This document shows positions 50,475 to 58,109 of a DNA stretch of 64,000 bases, piece by piece. Position 1 is the stretch's first letter; every line of letters begins with the position of its first letter. Origin of the DNA: Candidatus Levyibacteriota bacterium (lineage in GTDB: Bacteria > Patescibacteriota > Microgenomatia > Levybacterales > UBA12049); assembly GCA_018061075.1 (NCBI GenBank), contig JAGOUW010000002.1:38944-102943 (forward strand). The letters run 5' to 3'. A model generated the notes under the pieces. That model saw only the letters and a list, made by a program, of their open reading frames with translations. It was not told where the DNA came from and made no database searches. The position numbers and the translations under genes were made by a program.

Positions 50475-51464
50475 ATGAAGAAAATATTAGTGACAGGTGG
50501 GGCAGGTTTTATTGGAAGTCATTTGGTAGATAAATTAATTGAAAAAAAATATAAAGTTGCAATAATTGATGATTTCTCTGGTGGGAGTATTAAGAACTGT
50601 AATAAGAAAGCTAAGGTTTTTAAAATAGATATTAGAGATTTTAAAAAAACAGAGAACGCTATTTCTTCTTTCAAACCAGAAATCGTTTATCATCTTGCAG
50701 CAAATGCAGCTGAAAATAAAGCTCAATTTTCTCCAGTCGATATTACATCTAGGAATTTTGACGGGAGTATAAAAGTTTTAACAGCTTCTATTAGAAGTGG
50801 AGTAAAGAAATTTGTATTTACTTCGAGTATTGCTGTGTATGGATCTCTTCAAACACCATTTAAAGAAAAAGATAAAGCGGAGCCCGAGGATTTATATGGA
50901 ATTTCTAAGCTAGCGTTTGAGGATTCACTAAAGATTTTAAGCAAAGTGCATAAATTTAAATATGTAATAGCTCGCCCACATAATGTTTATGGACCAAGAC
51001 AAAACATGCAAGATCCATATAGAAACGTAGTTACGATTTTTATGAATTCAATTTTACAAAATAAGCCTTTTTATATTTATGGAAAAGGAGATCAGAGAAG
51101 ATGTTTCTCGTACATCGATGATGTAGTTGAAGCGCTAGTGAAATGTGGATCTAAAAAAATAAACGATATGACTTTCAATATTGGTTCAGATAATGATTTT
51201 TCAGTTAAAGAGTTATCTGATTCAATTTTAAAAATCACGAAGTCAGGTTTAAAACCTATCAATCTTCCAGAAAGACCTCAGGAAGTTAAGATTGCAATTA
51301 GTGATCACAAGCTAAGTAAAAAATATTTGAATTATAGAGATAAAACAACTTTGGAAAAAGGCTTGACCAAAACTTGGGTATGGGTTCAGAGTGAGGGATA
51401 TAAAAAGCCAAAATTTGATACTGTTGAAATTGATAGTCCACTTTTACCTAAAAATTGGAAATAA
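50475..51464 (+). CDS. NAD-dependent nucleotide-sugar epimerase/dehydratase
   Basis: ILVTGGAGFIGSHL Rossmann motif, SSIAVYG, and YGISKLAFE (YxxxK). Confidence 0.85.
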   Translation: MKKILVTGGAGFIGSHLVDKLIEKKYKVAIIDDFSGGSIKNCNKKAKVFKIDIRDFKKTENAISSFKPEIVYHLAANAAENKAQFSPVDITSRNFDGSIKVLTASIRSGVKKFVFTSSIAVYGSLQTPFKEKDKAEPEDLYGISKLAFEDSLKILSKVHKFKYVIARPHNVYGPRQNMQDPYRNVVTIFMNSILQNKPFYIYGKGDQRRCFSYIDDVVEALVKCGSKKINDMTFNIGSDNDFSVKELSDSILKITKSGLKPINLPERPQEVKIAISDHKLSKKYLNYRDKTTLEKGLTKTWVWVQSEGYKKPKFDTVEIDSPLLPKNWK

Positions 51465-51470
51465 TAATTA

Positions 51471-52658
51471 ATGAACAAATTTACAAAAATAATTTTAATT
51501 TTTTTTGTATATCTAATCACATATTTTACTTTTTTCGCTTTTACGAATCCTACCCCAGACGGAGATAGTCTTAACTATCATATTCCAATTGCAGGCTCAT
51601 ATCTGAATGGAAATATATTAAATCCTGAAAAAATTGATGGTATTCCTTTTATGAAATATTCTCCTGGTGTTTCTGAAGGTATTCTTGCTGTGTTAATAAT
51701 ACTAAATATTCCAATTCAGCTTTTTAATGTCCTTGGAGTAATATTTTTATTTTTAGTCTGCCTTTTTCTTGGTAAAAGAATGGGTTTAAAAAATGATCTG
51801 TCAATTGTTTTTGCAATTGTCATTGCATCGCTTCCAGTTATGCTTAGATGGATTAACATGCAGATAATAGATATCTGGCTTGCGGTTTTTTTCACTCTAT
51901 CGCTCCTTCTGCTAGACGCCCTAAAAAAGAAAAATAGCCACTATTTAGCGATTGGCACTTCAGTGGGTTTTCTGATTGGAAGCAAATTTAGTGGACCATT
52001 ATATTTTTTAGTTTTACTTATATTTTATTTTAATAAAATATTAAGGAATCTTAATTTAAAATTATTTGTTTTATTTTTAATCCCTTTTAGTTTGTTTGGT
52101 TTAGTTTGGTATTTAAGAAATATGTTCCATACAGGAAATCCATTTTATCCGGAGTCTTTTTTATTTTTCCCAAAATCAAATTTTGAAATTTTAAGAACTC
52201 AAGTTTGGGAGGTGTCTTTTACATCAATAAGTGGAATAAAGAGTTTTATCAACGCAGGTTTTAGTGAATATAGTCTATGGTTTTTTTCAATTTTTATTTC
52301 AATATTCGTTTTGTATAAAAGCTATAGAAAAAAGAAATTAAATAAAATTACAAAACTAATTTTAATTGGAATTTCAAATTTTATAATATTTTTATTCCTA
52401 CCAAGCGATAATTATTTTCATATTTTTGTTTCTGTTTTTAGATATACATTTCCTATTTATATTCCAATAATTCTTTCTATATTTTTATATGCTAAAGAGA
52501 AGGGGAAAGATGAATATATTTATTTAGTAACTTTTGTAAGTTTACTAATTTCACCCATCTATGAATACCATCCAAAAGTAATTCTTATAGTTCTGCCAAT
52601 TGCTTTAGTGATATATTTTAAGATTCCTGACAATGACATCAAAAATACGTTAAAATAA
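51471..52658 (+). CDS. Polytopic membrane protein, possible second GT-C-like glycosyltransferase
   Basis: 395 aa with about 10 hydrophobic segments. Extremely AT-rich gene. Sits in the glycan cluster. No motif recognised. Confidence 0.3.
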   Translation: MNKFTKIILIFFVYLITYFTFFAFTNPTPDGDSLNYHIPIAGSYLNGNILNPEKIDGIPFMKYSPGVSEGILAVLIILNIPIQLFNVLGVIFLFLVCLFLGKRMGLKNDLSIVFAIVIASLPVMLRWINMQIIDIWLAVFFTLSLLLLDALKKKNSHYLAIGTSVGFLIGSKFSGPLYFLVLLIFYFNKILRNLNLKLFVLFLIPFSLFGLVWYLRNMFHTGNPFYPESFLFFPKSNFEILRTQVWEVSFTSISGIKSFINAGFSEYSLWFFSIFISIFVLYKSYRKKKLNKITKLILIGISNFIIFLFLPSDNYFHIFVSVFRYTFPIYIPIILSIFLYAKEKGKDEYIYLVTFVSLLISPIYEYHPKVILIVLPIALVIYFKIPDNDIKNTLK

Positions 52659-52662
52659 ATAA

Positions 52663-53331
52663 GTGTTCTACCTCTTAATCTTTATTCTAGAGTTCATTTT
52701 TTTATTTTTTCTCTCTAAATTATTAATTAGATCAATTTCCACACTTTTCCTAAAAGTTGCCAGAAGAGAAAGTTTAGCAATTAGACTATTTCATTTATTC
52801 CTTCTTCCTGGAGTTATAGTTCATGAATTAGCACATTTAATAGTTGCAGAATCGATGCTTGTAAGAACAAGCGGACTTAGTTTTACTCCAGAGCCAGATG
52901 GGGACAGAGTCGTTATGGGAAGTGTCGCTATTCAGGAAACAGATCCTATTAGAAGAGCGATAATAGGTTTCGCTCCAGTATTCGTAGGAATCCTAATTAT
53001 TTCTTTTTTTGTTTTCTATTTTCTTTCTGAAAGATCGATTATAGATTTTCCTTGGAATTACTTATTAGTTTTCTTTGCTGTTTTCCAGATTGGTAACACC
53101 ATGTTTTCCAGCTCAAAGGATTTAGAAGGATCAGCCGCGCTTTTAACAGCTATTTCTGTGGGAATAATAATTTGCTATTTCCTGGGCGTAAGATTGCCGG
53201 ATTGGTTTATGACTTATTTAAATTCTGCGCAATTTATAGAGATAGTGAAGAAGGGGATATGGGTTTTATTTTTTCCGATAGCAATAGACTTGGTGTTAAT
53301 TTTATTGACGAGAATCAAATTTAAAAAATGA
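52663..53331 (+). CDS. Membrane protein with HExxH motif (putative intramembrane/zinc metalloprotease-like)
   Basis: GTG start, 222 aa, several TM helices. VHELAHLIVAE lies immediately after a TM helix. Confidence 0.4.
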   Translation: MFYLLIFILEFIFLFFLSKLLIRSISTLFLKVARRESLAIRLFHLFLLPGVIVHELAHLIVAESMLVRTSGLSFTPEPDGDRVVMGSVAIQETDPIRRAIIGFAPVFVGILIISFFVFYFLSERSIIDFPWNYLLVFFAVFQIGNTMFSSSKDLEGSAALLTAISVGIIICYFLGVRLPDWFMTYLNSAQFIEIVKKGIWVLFFPIAIDLVLILLTRIKFKK

Positions 53332-56300
53332 TTAACTTCTTCCGTATCTAATTTCTTGAACTTGTTCCTTTGTTAAATTTAAGGATCTTGCAATAGCATC
53401 GTCAGATAAATTTTGATCGGCATAAAACATTACTTTTCCTCTTATTTCATCTGTAATTATTCCATGACTTGCTGGATCACCATATTTTCTAGCAAGGAAG
53501 CCTGGGCTTGCATGAGGTGTTGGTGCAGAGGGAGCAGTGTGTTGCAAAGGTGCTGTATAAATTGGTGTAGGAGCCGTAGTATAAGCCCTTTCTAATGGAT
53601 ATCTAGCTGCCATAGGTGTGGCTATGGTTGGTGGAAATTGAAAGTTACTTAAATCTGGCCATTCAAATGTAAAACCACCTCCAGTTGGAATAATTGGTTC
53701 TGGGCTAGAGCTTGGCTTAGTTTCTGGAGTTGGTGTTAATTCAGGTGTTGGCTCTGGTGTAGGTTCTGGTGTTGGAATAGGTGTGGGCCTTGGTGTTGGG
53801 TCAACTGGGTCAATAGGTTCAGGTAGCTCGCCTGGTAATATTTTTGTTACAGAATTTGTAACTGTTCCCATTCTAATTTCTTTTGGAGTTTCTCCACATC
53901 CTTGAATAGTTGCATGAATTGTTGCCTTTCCATCTCTCAATGTTCCAGCTTCAATAGTATCAACTCTAAATATTTCTCTTCTTTCTGTATGAACTTCGGT
54001 CTGGAGACTTCCATGATAATTTCTAAGTTCGTCCTGATCAATTGCAATTCTTGCTACGTCTCCGTAAGTCATTCCGTCACGACGCCCTGGAATTAATTTT
54101 TTAGAATCTGGATCAAGTCTTACAACTCCGTCTTTGGTTTCTGGGAGCCAAACTCTATTACCATTTATGTTTAAAAATACTCCATTTGAAGAATTTGGAA
54201 TCCTAAGTACAACAGCATTTCCGTCGCGTCTATTAAATATTCCAAGTTCATCGCGGTCATATTTTCCAGGAGTTCCATTCGCATCCCAAGTTACACTTTT
54301 AAGATCGGTGGCCATTTCTCTCCAGACTCCATTTTTTCCTAAAACTCTTCTTATGTCAGGCTCGGAGGAAGTAGCTGTTTGAATTTTATCTATCCATAGG
54401 CTTTTTGGATCTGCTACAAGTTTTCCGTCAACCCATTTAAGATCATCAAGTAGAACTGTTGTGCCATCTTTACTCGAAACTAAATCATATCCACCATTAG
54501 CTCTATCTATCACAAGTCTTGTGTGTTCAGGAATGCTAATTGGTTTTCCATTTAATTCAGCTTCATAAAAATTAGTTGGAGCTTCTTGTGCGAAAACCGC
54601 AACTTCCACCTCTGGAGTTATTGCTGAATCTATTGGTTTTATTGTGCTAGGAACACTGTGTTCAGCTGAAATATGATCATTTATAGCTAATCTAGTTGTT
54701 TGATCGATTGGAGCCGAAGGTTGTTTGAATGAAATTTTATCTAACTCTCCTCTTATGTCTTTAATCCTATCGTCAATTAGATCTCTTACGCCTCCAACTA
54801 CATCGATTCCTAATGCGTCAGATGCCATTCTAATTCCAGCTGTTCCTATAGCGACTACGCCTGCTCCCAGTGCTCCTTTAGCAGCACCTTCTACGAATGC
54901 TTTCCTAGATTCCCTTGTTCTGTATTTATCAAATTTTTTATCTTGCTCTTTGTTGGTTCTTGTTAAAAATTCTTCCCATTTTTGTGTTCTTTCACTTAAA
55001 ATTCTTTGATATTCTGCATGACTTATTCCAGAAAACCTAACAGCATCAATAGCTTTTAGTCTTAGTTCTTCTAAGGCAAGCTTTTCTTGTTGAATTAATC
55101 TATCTGAAGAATACATTACGTGATCTGTTTGTTCCTTTATTCCAAATCTTCTTCTGACATCAATTTCTGCGATTCTACTTATCAAGGCATTTAATGCTTT
55201 TTTATTTTGCTCCCTATCTTTATCAGTGAAAAAAGTGCTGTCTGATAAATCCCGACTTATTAAATTTCCTGCACCGGCAAATAACTTATCAACTGATGTT
55301 TTTCTTCTGGAAAAACTATCTAATGCTAATCTTCTTGGTTGATTAGATGTGGTTTTAATTCCTGATGCTTGATCTTTTTCTAATGTAGCCCTGTCTCTTT
55401 TAAGGTCATAGCTTCTTCTTGCTTTTGCATTCCATCCTCCGATAATTGCTCCAGGTAAAATACCTACGACTGGAGCCACTGATCTAACTCCCCAGCTTGT
55501 AGCTCCAAGCGCTAAGTTAGTTCCTATTGATGCTCCAGCGCCCAAAACTAGTGGATTTGCTAAGACTCCAGTTTTTCTTCTTTTCTGTGCACCTTTTATC
55601 AATTTATCTCTTCTAGTAAGCTCTGCTTGAGTTTCAGTACCCCAGCGTGGAATTGCGAATCCTACATTGAAATCAACTTGATCAAGAGTTATTATTCCAT
55701 AATCTATTGCCTCTCTAATTTCTCCAACCTTCTGTACCATATTTGAGCTAAATCCGGCCATAAAATCACTAGAATCAAAATCTTTTCCGAAGTGTTTTTT
55801 TAAATCCAGAGAGTTAGCTTTAGTAAATCTTGCAAATCTTTCCTCAATCTCTGAAGGAGTTAGTCTTCCAGCGATATATCCTAAAAGTTCGAAGCTGATT
55901 TTTTCTTGTAATTTTTTATCAACTTCAGCTTTTCGGGCGGCAAACTGTTCGGGTGCAATATCTAATCCTTTTAGTGTTGACTGGATTGCGGTTTCAAATT
56001 TGTCTCGATCGGTTTCTGCCTGAGTAACTTTTCCAGACTGAATATTTATCTCAGCATAAGGGTTTCCAGCTTCTATAAGAGCTTTTTTAAATCTTCTTGT
56101 ATATTCTTGTCTTTTTCCTTCTTCAGTAATTCTAGTAGATACGATTCTTCTCATGCTTCTAAGTTTCCCTAGTCTACCTTCGCTTGGAGCTAGTTCTTGT
56201 TGAAGTCTTTGTTCTGCCCATTTTTCAGCTTCTTGATCATATGCTGGGTCAAGTGAAGTAAATAAAATATTAAACTTTACACTTTCTTTCTCTGGTTCTG

Positions 56301-57909
56301 AAGGAACGGGTTCAAAAGGTGGGAGTTCACTATCTCCGCTTCCTGTATCTCCTGGATCCCAGCTAGCAATGCCATTTAATAATTGAAAGTCGAATTCCCA
56401 GTTTAGTCTCTCGTTTTCTGCCTGAGACCAATCAACGGGTATATGCGGAGGTGGAGCAGTATAGTCCTCAGCAGTGCCTACTGGATTTGGTGTTCTGGTA
56501 GCATCATTTGTATCCTGAAAGTCTTTATCCCACTTATCTCTTTTTGCTTCTTCAGCTGCCCAGTCAACTCTTTTATAGGGAGGGGGAGGAGTATAGCTTT
56601 TTACCTGAGCTGGTTCAGCGCCGTCAGATTTTTCAGCTGGTGTCTCGGTTGGTGTAGGTTTGGATACAGCTGCTTTTATTTCAGGAATGAAATATCTTGG
56701 TGATGGGCTATCTTCATCTCGAGCAATTCTTCTACTTTCTGCATTCCTCCATGCTTCTACATAAAGAGTATGTAAATTTTCCTGCGTTTTTTTTATCGAA
56801 TTTTCTTTAGGTTTTTCCCATTTTGTTAAAAACTCACCTGAGCTAGTAATAACCTGTACTTCCGGATCTATATCAGGTTTTCCCCACGGTGCTTCATCTT
56901 GTCTTAGCGGTGGATTATCTCTTTCTGCTCCCTCAATCATCGAAGTAAGCCAGGGTGAGGTTATAATTTCTTCAGCAGAATCACTTGGAAGGTCAGAGCT
57001 GCGATCTGATGTACCTGAACTTAGTGAATTCCCCAGAACAATCGGTTCATTATTTCTTAAATCTTCCAATTCATATAATCTGTCCGCTGCTCTTTCTATT
57101 CTTAGCTTTGATGCTCGTATTTCCAGTTTGGATGCCGTTCCTCGATCCGCTTTTCCTGATTTTCGTGCTTCTTCTCTTCTTGCCTCTAAGAATTCTTTTA
57201 CTGCAGCCTGATCCCCAGTTAACTCACCCATTTGTTTTGTAACGGTATCAAGACTTTTTTTTGCTGCTCTTTTTTCAATAGGATTGTCTGCGTGTCTATA
57301 TTTACGAAGTGCTTCTTCAAACACTCGCATAGCATCTGATAAATCTTGTGGTTGCGGGGTCTCGCCAGTAGTGCCGTTTGTTTCTACATTGCTAGGCGGA
57401 TAGAACCATCTCACACCTGTTTGAGCTCTTCTTATAGCGCTTCTTCTGTCTTGGGTCGCTTGTGCTGCCTCATCAGCTAACTGTCTGTGTGTTAGTCTGC
57501 TGACTCTATCATTTCCTCGGATGGTAGAAATGGGAGAACGGCTATGTTTCTCAAGAACTCTCCTGTCGTCTTCTACTTGCTCATCTCCGTCAGCTCTAAG
57601 AGCAACGAAGTTCATAAAAGCTTGGAAGGGGAGTCTTCTAACGCGTCCGTTTTCCCTGAACGAGTCAATTCCTTTTGTGAAATCAATTCTTGCAGTATCA
57701 AGTAGCTCAGCCATTTCGCCTCTTTCTGCTGCTTCCCAATCTTCCAACTCTGTTTCTGGAGCATCCCTAAATGCTTCAAATTGACGATTAAAAGCCACCA
57801 AAACTTCTTCCCTTTTTTCTTTATTGGTTCTTTCAGTAGTTGTGATGTGAGAATCCGGTCTTAAACCATTTTCAATTCCGATAGTTTCTTGTTCTCGTTG
57901 AGCTGCCAT
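53332..57909 (-). CDS. Giant hypothetical protein, 1,525 aa: charged N-terminal region, three Gly/Ala-rich hydrophobic segments, beta-rich C-terminal region, Pro/Thr/Glu linker
   Basis: Single uninterrupted 4,578-nt ORF. No family recognised. See findings for the architecture. Confidence 0.85.
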   Translation of the reverse strand: MAAQREQETIGIENGLRPDSHITTTERTNKEKREEVLVAFNRQFEAFRDAPETELEDWEAAERGEMAELLDTARIDFTKGIDSFRENGRVRRLPFQAFMNFVALRADGDEQVEDDRRVLEKHSRSPISTIRGNDRVSRLTHRQLADEAAQATQDRRSAIRRAQTGVRWFYPPSNVETNGTTGETPQPQDLSDAMRVFEEALRKYRHADNPIEKRAAKKSLDTVTKQMGELTGDQAAVKEFLEARREEARKSGKADRGTASKLEIRASKLRIERAADRLYELEDLRNNEPIVLGNSLSSGTSDRSSDLPSDSAEEIITSPWLTSMIEGAERDNPPLRQDEAPWGKPDIDPEVQVITSSGEFLTKWEKPKENSIKKTQENLHTLYVEAWRNAESRRIARDEDSPSPRYFIPEIKAAVSKPTPTETPAEKSDGAEPAQVKSYTPPPPYKRVDWAAEEAKRDKWDKDFQDTNDATRTPNPVGTAEDYTAPPPHIPVDWSQAENERLNWEFDFQLLNGIASWDPGDTGSGDSELPPFEPVPSEPEKESVKFNILFTSLDPAYDQEAEKWAEQRLQQELAPSEGRLGKLRSMRRIVSTRITEEGKRQEYTRRFKKALIEAGNPYAEINIQSGKVTQAETDRDKFETAIQSTLKGLDIAPEQFAARKAEVDKKLQEKISFELLGYIAGRLTPSEIEERFARFTKANSLDLKKHFGKDFDSSDFMAGFSSNMVQKVGEIREAIDYGIITLDQVDFNVGFAIPRWGTETQAELTRRDKLIKGAQKRRKTGVLANPLVLGAGASIGTNLALGATSWGVRSVAPVVGILPGAIIGGWNAKARRSYDLKRDRATLEKDQASGIKTTSNQPRRLALDSFSRRKTSVDKLFAGAGNLISRDLSDSTFFTDKDREQNKKALNALISRIAEIDVRRRFGIKEQTDHVMYSSDRLIQQEKLALEELRLKAIDAVRFSGISHAEYQRILSERTQKWEEFLTRTNKEQDKKFDKYRTRESRKAFVEGAAKGALGAGVVAIGTAGIRMASDALGIDVVGGVRDLIDDRIKDIRGELDKISFKQPSAPIDQTTRLAINDHISAEHSVPSTIKPIDSAITPEVEVAVFAQEAPTNFYEAELNGKPISIPEHTRLVIDRANGGYDLVSSKDGTTVLLDDLKWVDGKLVADPKSLWIDKIQTATSSEPDIRRVLGKNGVWREMATDLKSVTWDANGTPGKYDRDELGIFNRRDGNAVVLRIPNSSNGVFLNINGNRVWLPETKDGVVRLDPDSKKLIPGRRDGMTYGDVARIAIDQDELRNYHGSLQTEVHTERREIFRVDTIEAGTLRDGKATIHATIQGCGETPKEIRMGTVTNSVTKILPGELPEPIDPVDPTPRPTPIPTPEPTPEPTPELTPTPETKPSSSPEPIIPTGGGFTFEWPDLSNFQFPPTIATPMAARYPLERAYTTAPTPIYTAPLQHTAPSAPTPHASPGFLARKYGDPASHGIITDEIRGKVMFYADQNLSDDAIARSLNLTKEQVQEIRYGRS
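53721..53820 (-). repeat. Low-complexity GGTGTTGG/CTCTGG-type DNA repeat encoding a (T/E/I)P linker
   Basis: The plus strand reads ...GGTGTTGGCTCTGGTGTAGGTTCTGGTGTTGGAATAGGTGTGGGCCTTGGTGTTGGG.... This encodes DPTPRPTPIPTPEPTPEPTPELTPTPE in the giant ORF. Confidence 0.7.
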
Positions 57910-57999
57910 ATTCAGGCTGTATTATACTATATTTTTAATCCTATAGCAATAATTTATAATGAGAATAGAGTGAGAAACGTGTGAGAATGAAATAACTGC

Positions 58000-58028
58000 T
58001 TGACATTCTGATAAGCCTATATTATAAT
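58000..58028 (+). promoter_or_regulatory. Consensus sigma-70 promoter TTGACA-17-TATAAT
   Basis: TTGACA at 58000-58005, an exactly 17-nt spacer, and TATAAT at 58023-58028, about 80 nt upstream of the dehydrogenase ATG. Confidence 0.55.
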
Positions 58029-58077
58029 ACATTTTGCAATTCTGCCTCTAATTTAAATAAGGGTAGATTAGCCTACT

Positions 58078-58098
58078 AACCCTGAATAGGGTTTTTTT
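58078..58098 (+). terminator. Leader terminator hairpin upstream of the sugar-dehydrogenase operon
   Basis: AACCCT-GAAT-AGGGTT running into a run of 7 T. It lies between the consensus promoter and the ATG at 58110. Upstream AGGGT (58060-64) can pair alternatively with ACCCT (58079-83). Confidence 0.5.
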
Positions 58099-58109
58099 GT
58101 TTTTATACA

